From positions 32,001 through 96,000 of IMG/VR virus record IMGVR_UViG_3300020011_000226: a stretch of 64,000 nucleotides of DNA, one strand, 5' to 3'. A program made the position numbers and the translations under genes. The number at the start of each line of letters is the position of its first letter. The stretch's first letter is position 1. Of this stretch, positions 39,799 to 49,424 are shown piece by piece. The DNA comes from a virus (Duplodnaviria; Caudoviricetes). Under the pieces are notes generated by a model that had not been told where the DNA came from, did no database searches, and was given only the letters and a program-made list of their open reading frames with translations.

Positions 39799-40252
39799 TC
39801 TGTGGCTCATCCTCGGTGTTAGTTGTTTCAGATAATTCATTCAGGTACTCATAGTCAACCTGTTTGATTCCTTCTATTTGCATGTCATAGCCTTGACGGG
39901 CAAGCTGAGAGGCGTTGGCATTAGCTTCTGTGAGAGAGTTAGCCCATAAGAGGACTTTGTATTTCAGCTTCTTCTCAGTACCATCATTATCCAACCAGAT
40001 GTCAATAAGAGTAGCTAAATAAGAATAGTCCCCACTAATAAACTGTGTAGCTACTTCCTTGATGGGAGACTGTCTTAAAGATAAAATCTCTGAACTTTCT
40101 ATCAAGCCTTCCTGCTGTTCTGTGGTAAGTTTGGAAAGGACAGCATACTCTGCTTCTGAGAAGAGTTCTCTGTCAAGAACAAAGCTTTCAACTTTCTTTC
40201 TTGTCTTGCCATCAATGACTCTGGCAACTTTTGCTTTTACTTCTATTAACAT
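39788..40252 (-). CDS. DUF4494-like protein (Bacteroidota family)
   Basis: EVKAKV..IDGKTRKKVESFVLD..LFSEAE duplicated fold pattern. Confidence 0.7.
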   Translation of the reverse strand: MLIEVKAKVARVIDGKTRKKVESFVLDRELFSEAEYAVLSKLTTEQQEGLIESSEILSLRQSPIKEVATQFISGDYSYLATLIDIWLDNDGTEKKLKYKVLLWANSLTEANANASQLARQGYDMQIEGIKQVDYEYLNELSETTNTEDEPQNDN

Positions 40253-40280
40253 GTTACATCTTTTTAAATCAGTTTGTACA

Positions 40281-40538
40281 CTATAAAGCTGCTGCTATAC
40301 GGGATATTCCACATTCCTTCATCTTGGAATTGATGTAGTTGTTGCGGAATATAGAGAGCTGCTGGATTATCTCTTTGGTAGTCCATGAGGAATCTATAGG
40401 GGCAAGAGGAGTACCATTATAGGCTATGTACAGGTTATTGTCAAAGTCTTGTATGGTGATACTATCCTCTGCCTGTCTTGCAATCTCAGCCTGTCTGGCT
40501 GTCTGATGCTTTTCTTTGAGTGTTCTTATTAGTTCCAT
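40281..40538 (-). CDS. Hypothetical protein
   Basis: ORF downstream of polA. Confidence 0.55.
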   Translation of the reverse strand: MELIRTLKEKHQTARQAEIARQAEDSITIQDFDNNLYIAYNGTPLAPIDSSWTTKEIIQQLSIFRNNYINSKMKECGISRIAAAL

Positions 40539-40564
40539 ACTATAAATAAGTTCTATCTGTTATG

Positions 40565-42634
40565 TCAGTGTTTCCAGAATTTTCCAACTTCTTCTTGGGC
40601 AGGAAGGGGCAGTTTATGACAGTAAAGAGCTCCAATAGATTCCATGAAATGCTTAGTTGCAGTTACAACTTCATCAGTCAGTTCTTCTGGTGCCTCAAGA
40701 CAAATCTCATCATGAACAGGAACACAGAAGAGAACTTTATTGAAATATCCTTTCTCTATAATCCACTTGTATAGCTCATAATTGAATTGCTTGAATATAA
40801 CAGCACCCAGTCCTTGAGTAGTTGAGTTGACGGAGTTCTTGTCCCACTTGCTCCAAGCAGCAAAATGTTCCTCATATATAGAAGGAATTGGCTCCTTAAG
40901 CTCTTCAAATCTTCTCTTGGCCTCTTTGTAACCCTCCCAAAACTCTGTAGAATGTTGTCTTTTATACCACTTATCCCAATCCCACCATTTAGCTATATGA
41001 CCTGTTTCCTTGCAGATATAGATAATGCCTGACTTCTCAGTTCTTTGCTTACACATTTCTTGATACTTAGTAGCCCCTGCAAAACCCTTCTTGTAGTTGT
41101 CTTCGATGGTTTGGGCTTCTTCTTTTGGCATACCATAGTTCGCTACAAGAGTTGCCCAATTCCCCAAAAAAGCGAATGTAAACTCTGGACCTTTGGCTTT
41201 TTGTCTGAGGTCATGAAAATCCTTTTTTATTTTTCTGATGTCTATATCTCTTGGAATTAATTCTGGATAAATAAGATAGGCCACATAACTATGCATATCA
41301 TAGCCTTTTTCAAAAACTTCAAGCATTCCTTTATCTCCAGATAGACTGGCCAACAGCCTTGACTCTTCACTGTTATAATCAATGCTGATGAAGTTATTGC
41401 CTTCTTCGGCAATAAAGCAAGCTCTTACTTCATCTGTATTAGGGAGATTTTGAACTTGGGGATATGCACATTTTAGTTTTGGATCATTGGTTTTTAGTGG
41501 AAGTTTTTTCAGTTTAGCCAAATCTTCATTGGTCTTTTTGCTGCCACATGCAAGTCTTCCTGTATCAGTACCAAGTGCTCTAAACTCTGTATGTATTCTG
41601 CCTGTTATAGGGTTTATCGCATTAATATATTGCATTCCATAGGTAGAGCACAATTTCTGAAGTCGTGAATACTCTGCAAATAGCTCGACAAATTCAGGAT
41701 TTATCTTTTTCTGCTTCTTGATAAGTTTCAGTTCTTTGCTCTCAGTGTCTTCCTTTTTCTCCTTGTTATAGCCTTTAGTGCTGAACCCAAGAGCTTTAAG
41801 CAGGGGAACCACATCATCAGTACTATTCCAATTGATATTGCACTTAGGTGTTAAATCCCACCCATCAAAAAGATCTCCCTGAGTGTTAATATAAACAAAC
41901 TTTGGATTGTTAAGAGCCACTACAAAGTCATCAAGAGCTTTCTTAGCATTCTTGAAGTCCTGAAGATTCTTTTTATAGAGAGCAATCCATGCTTTCTCAT
42001 TAAGCTTTACTCCGCAGAACTCATAATAGGCACAGGGGATAGTGAAAAGGCATTCGATTTTAAGAGCCTTTATAGCGTCGATAGATTTGAAATAAGCCAC
42101 CTGCTGATTCATAATGTCTATAAGATCTACCACATCATTAGCAGCATAGACTATCACTTCTGTCACTAAACCAAGCTGGTTAATTTTTCCTCTAATAGAC
42201 TTATCTATATCTTTACCAAGATACCTAAGAGCAACCTCCTTTAGGGACATTCTATACATTCCCTGAGGATAGGCCAAATATCTAAGCATCTCTGCCACCA
42301 TAGTATCATAGCATCTCATCGGGCATATCCCAACAGCAAATAGCATCTTAATATCATATTTCAGGTTATGTCCAATGAGAAAGCCGTTCTCTATTACCTT
42401 TTTATATAATAGAGGGTCAATAGTCATCAAGTCTACTACAATCTGAATACTTTTATCAATACTTCCAAATTGCATAGTCAGCATCCTTGCTATATGGCAA
42501 TCAAGTCCTGTGCCTTCAGTATCAAATTGAATCATTCGCCAAGAAGCAATCTCTTTGAGAGAATCCTCAACAGACATTATCTGATAATGGGGATTCTCAA
42601 AGAGTTCTTTTTGTTGGGTAACCAAAAATATCAT
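40565..42634 (-). CDS. polA: Family A DNA polymerase with 3'-5' exonuclease
   Basis: FDTEGTG, GHNLKYD, YAANDV, TGRLAC, QNLP, DYNSEESR, RQKAK and VHDE motifs. Confidence 0.95.
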   Translation of the reverse strand: MIFLVTQQKELFENPHYQIMSVEDSLKEIASWRMIQFDTEGTGLDCHIARMLTMQFGSIDKSIQIVVDLMTIDPLLYKKVIENGFLIGHNLKYDIKMLFAVGICPMRCYDTMVAEMLRYLAYPQGMYRMSLKEVALRYLGKDIDKSIRGKINQLGLVTEVIVYAANDVVDLIDIMNQQVAYFKSIDAIKALKIECLFTIPCAYYEFCGVKLNEKAWIALYKKNLQDFKNAKKALDDFVVALNNPKFVYINTQGDLFDGWDLTPKCNINWNSTDDVVPLLKALGFSTKGYNKEKKEDTESKELKLIKKQKKINPEFVELFAEYSRLQKLCSTYGMQYINAINPITGRIHTEFRALGTDTGRLACGSKKTNEDLAKLKKLPLKTNDPKLKCAYPQVQNLPNTDEVRACFIAEEGNNFISIDYNSEESRLLASLSGDKGMLEVFEKGYDMHSYVAYLIYPELIPRDIDIRKIKKDFHDLRQKAKGPEFTFAFLGNWATLVANYGMPKEEAQTIEDNYKKGFAGATKYQEMCKQRTEKSGIIYICKETGHIAKWWDWDKWYKRQHSTEFWEGYKEAKRRFEELKEPIPSIYEEHFAAWSKWDKNSVNSTTQGLGAVIFKQFNYELYKWIIEKGYFNKVLFCVPVHDEICLEAPEELTDEVVTATKHFMESIGALYCHKLPLPAQEEVGKFWKH

Positions 42635-43068
42635 TTCTTACTGTAGGCTGTTAGGTTCTGATAGTCTAAGATTACTTGATGCTCACGGAGGAATCTGGAG
42701 CCAATAATGCCATGCATAATGACTCCTGTCTCCCTCTTCAGCAGCTTGAGGGCTTCCTGCATATCATTGACAATGAACTTGTCAGTATATTCCTCATCAC
42801 CACACTTGAATGTAATGCTGCATGCAGATACATTTGAGACTCCTCCTACACCAGACAGGGTGTTTGGCATGGATGGGTCATCTAGGACAGTATGAGTAAT
42901 GGTTGATAATACAGATTTATCTATAATATTATGTTCTGAGCCAGAATCTAGTAGGAAAATCAGTTCTTTATCTCCTTGATGGAATGTAGCCAAAGGAACA
43001 TTAGGACTGATAAAACCTTGTCTGAAGGACACAGAGAAGAAAGAGGAAGTGTTTTCTTTATTGTTCAT
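42631..43068 (-). CDS. Retropepsin-like (clan AA) aspartyl protease
   Basis: FLLDSGSEHNII and GIIGSRFL motifs. Confidence 0.85.
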   Translation of the reverse strand: MNNKENTSSFFSVSFRQGFISPNVPLATFHQGDKELIFLLDSGSEHNIIDKSVLSTITHTVLDDPSMPNTLSGVGGVSNVSACSITFKCGDEEYTDKFIVNDMQEALKLLKRETGVIMHGIIGSRFLREHQVILDYQNLTAYSKK

Positions 43069-43072
43069 ACCT

Positions 43073-43639
43073 TTAACAAAAATAATTGTTAGATTGGTTC
43101 TTATTGCCAGTGCCTTCTCCAATACCGCCTCTTGAAGGATTGCCGAGGTTATTAACTTTTTTGAGTTTTACCTTCGAGGAGAAAAGCCAATGAAGTTTTT
43201 GCCAAATGGTGGCCTGCTGTTTTAGTTGAATTCTGAACTGTGCTATTCTTGTACCTTTAGGAATAGTAAGAGTTCTTGTTGCTATGACAGGGAGCTTCCA
43301 TTCATCATTGTTTCCACAAAAACTACAGTCAATAATACCTTCAGAATTGGTTTGGATGATGCCCCAGTTCTTAAAAGTAGAGCTACGAGGAACCAAGATG
43401 GCCTCATATCCCGCAGGAATTTTCATTGCCACTCCCAAAGGAATCAAACAAGAAAAGAACTCCACGTCTCTTGTTCTAACTTCATGGCTTGGGTTCTTAC
43501 CTGTACTCCTAACGTGCATCTTATGTGCCTGAGGAGCTTTGAGGACTATATCATCCGCTGTAGATAGATCAATATAGTCGCCTATTTTAAATTCTTGCGG
43601 AAAGCATCCTTCTGTTTTTTCTAAAACTTTAATTGTCAT
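43073..43639 (-). CDS. dut: dUTPase
   Basis: IDL, LVPRSST, NSEGIIDCSF, RIAQF and RGGIGEGTG motifs. Confidence 0.9.
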   Translation of the reverse strand: MTIKVLEKTEGCFPQEFKIGDYIDLSTADDIVLKAPQAHKMHVRSTGKNPSHEVRTRDVEFFSCLIPLGVAMKIPAGYEAILVPRSSTFKNWGIIQTNSEGIIDCSFCGNNDEWKLPVIATRTLTIPKGTRIAQFRIQLKQQATIWQKLHWLFSSKVKLKKVNNLGNPSRGGIGEGTGNKNQSNNYFC

Positions 43640-43826
43640 GTATTTTTTCTAATTCTTTTAATTGGGATTTAAAACTTTTGATTGCTGTGTTGATGTTCAC
43701 ATTGTTACCTGGGAATTCATTGGCTATCTCTTCCAGCCAATCTACCCAGCTTTTCAGTTTGTGATACCTGCTTATAGATTCCATTGTCATTTCTTCCAAA
43801 AGAGGTCTGTAATATTGTTGTGCCAT
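43629..43826 (-). CDS. Hypothetical protein
   Basis: Overlapping small ORF in operon. Confidence 0.5.
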   Translation of the reverse strand: MAQQYYRPLLEEMTMESISRYHKLKSWVDWLEEIANEFPGNNVNINTAIKSFKSQLKELEKIHDN

Positions 43827-44260
43827 GATGTCCCATCACCAAGATGGCTTATTTTATATAGTCTTTGGTTGGTAGTAGGGGAGTCAAGACCCCCAAGTTC
43901 CATGTCATAATGTCCAGTCTTAAGAAAATCCAAGTACTGACAAATGCCTACTTTATCCTTAGGAATCCTGTCTAAGCCACAATACCATGCTGTCTTGATT
44001 TTCTTATGGAAATGCATGAAGATTTCTATGAGGGCATCAATATCTCTTTCTCCTCCCATAAGAAGCAGGCATGTGATGCCTTGGTGCTGGTCAAGGAGCT
44101 TGTCAAGTCCTTCAATAGAAAGAAGAGGGCCTTTGTCTTCCCACAATTCCCTGCTATGACAGCCTGGACAATGTATTTGGCATCCTGAGATAGCTATGGC
44201 AAGGGACATCTCATTGGGTATTTCCTGAAAGACCTCCTTTTGATACAGATATTTAAGCAT
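43787..44260 (-). CDS. nrdG: Anaerobic ribonucleotide reductase activating protein (radical SAM)
   Basis: MLKY...FQEIPNE.SLAIAISGCQIHCPGCHS (CxxxCxxC)...GGE...TTNQRLY. Confidence 0.85.
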   Translation of the reverse strand: MLKYLYQKEVFQEIPNEMSLAIAISGCQIHCPGCHSRELWEDKGPLLSIEGLDKLLDQHQGITCLLLMGGERDIDALIEIFMHFHKKIKTAWYCGLDRIPKDKVGICQYLDFLKTGHYDMELGGLDSPTTNQRLYKISHLGDGTSWHNNITDLFWKK

Positions 44261-44558
44261 AGAGTTTAGATATGTTTTTGAATTTATACTTCTTGGTAAC
44301 TTCATCAATGGTTTCCTGCACAACAGTTTCCACCTTACTGTCTATCACATCAGGATTAGGATGCCATGACTTCAATATAACAGTGAATCTTGCCGTGGAA
44401 GATGACCTGAACTTCTTGACAGAGACAGTGGTAGGAACCTTAAACAGGTTCTCTATCTTGTCTGTAAACATTTGGGTAAGCTCCTCAAAATGTTCAGACA
44501 AGACAGACCACTTGATTGTGGTTTTGATAGAGAACTGTTTTTGGTTTTTTGTGTACAT
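44253..44558 (-). CDS. Hypothetical protein
   Basis: Coupled on both sides. Confidence 0.55.
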   Translation of the reverse strand: MYTKNQKQFSIKTTIKWSVLSEHFEELTQMFTDKIENLFKVPTTVSVKKFRSSSTARFTVILKSWHPNPDVIDSKVETVVQETIDEVTKKYKFKNISKLYA

Positions 44559-45604
44559 CAGACATCCTTCAGCTTTAAGCAGTTAATGATGTTGACTCCA
44601 TGCTGATTAATACCATTGGGGACAGGAGGCCTGCAATCAAGATAGCCCTGAAGCTCCTTGCCTATCTCAAAGGGGTCTCTGTACTCATTACCCTCATCAT
44701 CTATAAGAGTGCCAGGGAATTTTGTCAATGGAAACTCCCAGACAAGAGGGGTCAAAGTATGCTTATTAACTACAATGAATCTGTAAGGCATGAGTTCAAA
44801 GTTTTTAAAGTACTCATCCCTCTCTATGTTAGCCTTAATACATCTCCAATACAAGCGGGCTTGGATCATATAAGACCACTGCATGAAACTATGCTCAAAG
44901 TTCCATTCACTCATTCCAGATGTCTTAAGGTCGCAGGGATAGATGACTTTTTTCTCATAATTCACGGCTATCATGTCTGCCATGCATCTGTAAGTCACAC
45001 TCCCAAACTTTGCTCTGAATTTGAGCTGATAGTACCTTCTTACAGGAGACAGCTCATCATTGTCAGCAAAATATCCAGCAGTAGCAGGGCTTTCCCTTAG
45101 TGCTCTGACCATAGCTTGAACCTGTTCAAAGGTTTTAGTATCAAGAATAGTCTTGTCACTGTGTTTTAAGGCATTATAGTATTCTGCTATGTTACCAGTT
45201 TCCAAAACCTTCTTGTACCTTACCTTATCCCACTTGTCTGCTTGCCAGAATCCTGCTGCCTTGGCTGCTTGGGAAACTATGGATTCAGGGATTTCCTCAA
45301 AAGAACCAAAGGGCAATCCCATATTAACCAACTGGCTGCAAGTATCTTTACCTCCATCAGTGATGTTAATGTCAAGTACTATGAAATTAGCATTGAACTC
45401 ATCAGCACCTCCTGTAATTATTGCATCAACTGCCGATCCTTCTGTGAGTGAGGGAGTGCTGATGTGCTCAAACAGCTTATCCAGCTTATCGAACCCTTCT
45501 CTCTCATATTTAGCCAAAGTAGAATAGCTTAAAGCTGGATCAGCTCTATAAGTTGGCTCATCTACTTGCCAGCTAATATCCTTTAACTCTTTCAGTATTT
45601 CCAT
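44558..45604 (-). CDS. PD-(D/E)XK exonuclease (RecE/exoVIII-like)
   Basis: YRADPALSYSTL, EGSAVD, RCMAD...DLKT and YMIQARLY motifs. Confidence 0.8.
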   Translation of the reverse strand: MEILKELKDISWQVDEPTYRADPALSYSTLAKYEREGFDKLDKLFEHISTPSLTEGSAVDAIITGGADEFNANFIVLDINITDGGKDTCSQLVNMGLPFGSFEEIPESIVSQAAKAAGFWQADKWDKVRYKKVLETGNIAEYYNALKHSDKTILDTKTFEQVQAMVRALRESPATAGYFADNDELSPVRRYYQLKFRAKFGSVTYRCMADMIAVNYEKKVIYPCDLKTSGMSEWNFEHSFMQWSYMIQARLYWRCIKANIERDEYFKNFELMPYRFIVVNKHTLTPLVWEFPLTKFPGTLIDDEGNEYRDPFEIGKELQGYLDCRPPVPNGINQHGVNIINCLKLKDV

Positions 45605-45858
45605 TAGTTACCTTTGTTAAAGTGATAGGTTTCATGCAGTTTCTCGATGCATTCACCCAGACTAATAAGCTGATTGACCTTGTTGCTAAAGATAGCAGGA
45701 GCATTACCTCTGTCAATCTTCTCCTGAAGAGAGTGAATTTCCTTCTCGATAAGGTCAAGACCCTTGTCAAAGTTCCAATTAATAAAGCTGTTGATGTTGG
45801 CAATATGATCTGATACTGTTTTGCCATTACTCTTGTATTTACTAAAACGACTTTCCAT
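45604..45858 (-). CDS. Hypothetical protein
   Basis: TAATG-coupled ORF. Confidence 0.55.
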   Translation of the reverse strand: MESRFSKYKSNGKTVSDHIANINSFINWNFDKGLDLIEKEIHSLQEKIDRGNAPAIFSNKVNQLISLGECIEKLHETYHFNKGN

Positions 45859-45863
45859 AATTT

Positions 45864-46445
45864 TTACAATACTATTTTCTTAAGTTTCCAATTGTAGTTA
45901 TAAGCATACTCTGTATGTCCTGTGAGAGAGCGGAGAATAGAAGCCATGGACTTGCCTTTAAGACCAAGCTCTTCCATTGCCTGACTAATAGAGTCATACA
46001 AAGTGACTGCATCACTTTGCACACTATCTTTTGTTTTCTTGGGTTTAGGTCTGACTTCTATGCAATAACCAAGATATTGCCAATGGTTATCCAGAACCTC
46101 AAGAAGCTGCTTGTTGTTCTTGACCATATAGAAGATGGCATTAGGGTCATTCTCCTTGAGATATTTATACAACAGCTTCTTCTTGATTTTCCAGTCAGGA
46201 GTCTCAAAGCCTTTGGTCTCTATCATGATAGGGCCTATAATGAAATCTGGGATGTAGTTAATTGCCTTTACTTTGTCTTTTTGGTATTGACAATAGAAGC
46301 CTTCCTGGAGAGTAATCTTTTTAGTTTCATACTCCCAGGACAGCCCCATTTCATCTAGTGTTTTAGCCGTATTGGCTTCAAGGGTACTACGGTATTTCCT
46401 GCCATTGTAGACTTTAGGCTCTACTCCAACAATATGCTCGCTCAT
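45864..46445 (-). CDS. Endonuclease I-like PD-(D/E)XK nuclease/resolvase with a C-terminal NUMOD1-like HTH
   Basis: YRSTLE...WEYE...YIPDF...IETKG; YDSISQAMEELG. Confidence 0.75.
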   Translation of the reverse strand: MSEHIVGVEPKVYNGRKYRSTLEANTAKTLDEMGLSWEYETKKITLQEGFYCQYQKDKVKAINYIPDFIIGPIMIETKGFETPDWKIKKKLLYKYLKENDPNAIFYMVKNNKQLLEVLDNHWQYLGYCIEVRPKPKKTKDSVQSDAVTLYDSISQAMEELGLKGKSMASILRSLTGHTEYAYNYNWKLKKIVL

Positions 46446-46798
46446 TACTTCTTCTTCAAAGCTTTCTGGATGTTGAGCACAGTGGCATGAATAGTCTTTA
46501 CCAGACTTTCCATAGACTCCAGTTTCTCTATTCTCTCTTCCAGCTCTCCAACCTTGTCTACCAAGCCTTCAAGGGCTTTGCAGGGAGCACTGTCATCAAA
46601 GTCAAGGAGATTATCCTCATTAGCTTCACGCTCTTCTACATATCCCATCTCAACAAGCCATCCTTGTGTCTGCTCATTGAACGCAATATCCTTCTCTACG
46701 GTTACTGTGCCTCCCTCAATTTCCTTGAAGAGGCTTACTGTGATAGAATCACCATACTCTACAGGCTCATCAGTCTCTACTACAAAATACTTTTTCAT
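46445..46798 (-). CDS. Hypothetical protein
   Basis: Coupled ORF with a C-terminal coiled coil. Confidence 0.6.
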   Translation of the reverse strand: MKKYFVVETDEPVEYGDSITVSLFKEIEGGTVTVEKDIAFNEQTQGWLVEMGYVEEREANEDNLLDFDDSAPCKALEGLVDKVGELEERIEKLESMESLVKTIHATVLNIQKALKKK

Positions 46799-46819
46799 CT
46801 TTTTAAATCCTTTAATATG

Positions 46820-47527
46820 TTAATACTCTTGATACCACTCTATGCCATAACCGTTCTGGCTGATTAGAATATCATTTATCCGTTTCCATAAGTCAGAAGG
46901 CATCTTGGCTTTAGTCCTTGCATAGTATGAGGGGTGTCTGATGCGAATTACATAGTTGAACTGCTTATTGATGTACATATCGAAACTCTGTGCAGCAGTC
47001 CCCATGAGAACATAGACAATACCACATGTATGCTTGGACAAGTTAGTGAGCAAGGACTTGATGAAAGGTCTCCACAAAAGGCTGTGTGAGCCTACTCTTC
47101 CTACTTCACAGGAAAGTGCTGAATTCAACATCAGCACCCCCTGTGCTTCCCACTTCTCCAAACTTGGGTCAAAGTTAACATATCCATGTGGGACAGTGTA
47201 GTCTATTACAGATTCCCTTAGGACTTCTAAGGATGGAGAATAAGAAGGCTCTGGAGTATCAGGAGAGTTAGCAAAAGCTATTCCTGTGGCTACTGGGACT
47301 GTGGTAATACCATTGCCAATAGAAGAAGGCTTAAGAGTTGGATAGGGGTCTAAACCTAAGAGTACCACACGAAGGTTACTGAGGGGACAGAGAGTGAATG
47401 CTTTGAAGATGTCTTTCAGTTGAGGGCATATCACACAATGAGAGGCTGACAGTTTCCTTAGGATTCTATCAGCCTCATTTAGGTCTACCGCTTTAGACCA
47501 GTCACCAAAATACTCTTGTACGGTCAT
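46820..47527 (-). CDS. ung: Uracil-DNA glycosylase family 1
   Basis: LLGLDPYP, ATGIAF, SPSL, WEAQGVLMLNSALS and HPS motifs. Confidence 0.9.
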   Translation of the reverse strand: MTVQEYFGDWSKAVDLNEADRILRKLSASHCVICPQLKDIFKAFTLCPLSNLRVVLLGLDPYPTLKPSSIGNGITTVPVATGIAFANSPDTPEPSYSPSLEVLRESVIDYTVPHGYVNFDPSLEKWEAQGVLMLNSALSCEVGRVGSHSLLWRPFIKSLLTNLSKHTCGIVYVLMGTAAQSFDMYINKQFNYVIRIRHPSYYARTKAKMPSDLWKRINDILISQNGYGIEWYQEY

Positions 47528-48273
47528 CAGATTATCTCCTCTATATGGTCTCTAGCCACTTGCAACAGGTCTTGATTGGAGATGGTAACAGGAGGAGGAA
47601 TGACTTTTGTAATGGCAAAAGGACTTGCGCCTATTTCTACTACTGGATATGCTCTTGTTCTTTCAGTGATGGTAAACAGCTCATTTTTAATAGGAACATC
47701 ATTCACTAAAGTGGTTAGAGCAGTATTAATAAACTTTTTTGCAAGAAACTTTTCCATGCTGTTATGCTGGTTCAAGAAACAGTCAGGATGAATCCTTATG
47801 ATGGGACGAAGGTAGCTAAAAACAGTATTTCCATCTACTTGTAGCCTCTCCATTTCCCAACTGCACATCATCAGAGGTTCGAAATTAGTGTCAAAGACAG
47901 CTCCGTAAGTACCATAGTATTTTATGGTATCTTCCCCTTGCTTTACCTCCAAATCAATAAAACGCATTGATGGATAATGTGTTATCAGAACATCACACAT
48001 AAAACGGCTTACTGTTTTATGGCTTGGTTTACGTCCTTTTGTGTATAGTTCTGCAACCAAAGTACTTACTTTGGGATTGTTACTGAGAGAGGAGAAAGCC
48101 TTGTTAAATAGGAATAAAGGAATCTCAAAGACTGGCTTGCCGACAGGTATCTCCATTTGCGCACCATCTTTTCTATGGAGCTGGTCTTTATGCATATAGA
48201 CAAGTCCATCATCTGATGCATTGACACGACATTCAAAGATTCTCTCTGTTATGCTATTCAGTGTCTGTGTCAT
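47527..48273 (-). CDS. Unknown protein translationally coupled to the E1 gene
   Basis: 248-aa ORF; TAATG overlap with E1 and TGATG overlap with ung. Confidence 0.7.
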   Translation of the reverse strand: MTQTLNSITERIFECRVNASDDGLVYMHKDQLHRKDGAQMEIPVGKPVFEIPLFLFNKAFSSLSNNPKVSTLVAELYTKGRKPSHKTVSRFMCDVLITHYPSMRFIDLEVKQGEDTIKYYGTYGAVFDTNFEPLMMCSWEMERLQVDGNTVFSYLRPIIRIHPDCFLNQHNSMEKFLAKKFINTALTTLVNDVPIKNELFTITERTRAYPVVEIGASPFAITKVIPPPVTISNQDLLQVARDHIEEII

Positions 48274-49424
48274 TAGTTCTCAGTTTTAAATAACATGTTC
48301 TGCGCATCATACTCAGTAAAGAAGGGCAAATCATAGGGGATTACAGGATCAAGGTTGCTAGCCACAAAGTTCACAAAGAGATTGGTCATCAATGCTCCTA
48401 TCATACAAGCCATATAGGTGGTCTGTTTCATAGAGCATACAGTAGCATCTGCATCCTCATCAGAGAAGAGGAACTCCTGCTCATATCTATCCATGTTATA
48501 GAGGTCATCTCCTTTGATGCATAGAATTTGAAGGGTATCGACTGATAGTCTGCCATCAAGATAGAGGCAGTTCTTTCTGTTTTCTTCATCTAAGCACTCA
48601 ACACGACGAAGCCAGCTGTTAAAGAATGCTCTTCTGGCTTTCATATTATCAAAGCCACATATCATGATGTCAGTAGGAGTACAGTCAGTCGTAAATCTCC
48701 TTGTATAGCAGTAGATGTTGGAAGTATTGGTACCCCTTTGGACTATGTTAGCTATAGCATTTACTTTGTACTCTCCTACATCATTGAGGCTAAAGAGCTG
48801 ACCAGACAGATTGGCTCTCTCCACTCTATCATCATCATACAGGTATATACACATTGGATGCATTCTTCCTATTTGAAAGGCAACGTGACTACCAATGCCA
48901 CCGCATCCAGCAATGGTTAGGTATTGTCGTTTGATAGCCTCATACCATTCTGCTCCAGAAAACCTTGAAGTGGCTTCCTCTAAGAGTAGGGTAGGGGAGT
49001 TTGGGGGTAATAGAGGTTCCTGGGAGGGAGGAACAGCAGTATCATTGCTGCCAATTGAAGAAGGTGCTGACCATGCCTGTACTGGAGCTATATTGCCTGT
49101 TGCCTCCTGTGTGTCCCAATCAGCATCCTCTTCAGCATCAAGGTCTCTGCCTTCTCCTATATTCTCATCATAGATTTCCTCTTCCCCATCAGTAACTTCT
49201 TCTGCATCGGCTGCATGAACTTCCTGAAAGCCGTTCTCAGAAAGAATATCATCAACATCATCACCTGAAAGGACTTGGGGTTGAGATTCTACTACTTCTG
49301 GGATAGAAGGATAGGCTGCTTCAAGTGCTGATGGAGAAGCAGTCCCTGAGGCAGGTAGTGTAGCATCTGAGTCATCATCCACTCCAAGGGAATTCAACCA
49401 GTCATCAATATTTATATTATTCAT
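48273..49424 (-). CDS. E1/ThiF-family activating enzyme with a long acidic N-terminal extension
   Basis: IAGCGGIGS, YDDDRVERANLSGQ, GEYKV, CGFDNMKARR and DGRL motifs; candidate catalytic Cys in TVCSMKQT. Confidence 0.9.
   Translation of the reverse strand: MNNINIDDWLNSLGVDDDSDATLPASGTASPSALEAAYPSIPEVVESQPQVLSGDDVDDILSENGFQEVHAADAEEVTDGEEEIYDENIGEGRDLDAEEDADWDTQEATGNIAPVQAWSAPSSIGSNDTAVPPSQEPLLPPNSPTLLLEEATSRFSGAEWYEAIKRQYLTIAGCGGIGSHVAFQIGRMHPMCIYLYDDDRVERANLSGQLFSLNDVGEYKVNAIANIVQRGTNTSNIYCYTRRFTTDCTPTDIMICGFDNMKARRAFFNSWLRRVECLDEENRKNCLYLDGRLSVDTLQILCIKGDDLYNMDRYEQEFLFSDEDADATVCSMKQTTYMACMIGALMTNLFVNFVASNLDPVIPYDLPFFTEYDAQNMLFKTEN

Noticed and set aside
25481-42634. Introns or inteins in the RNAP or PolA genes
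   Set aside because: Both are uninterrupted ORFs with no evident intein motifs; the HNH gene at 38741 is free-standing.
48273-49424. ThiF/MoeB role in thiamine or molybdopterin synthesis
   Set aside because: There are no thiS/thiG/moa genes in the window; the neighbours are JAB, E2-like and Ubl-like genes.
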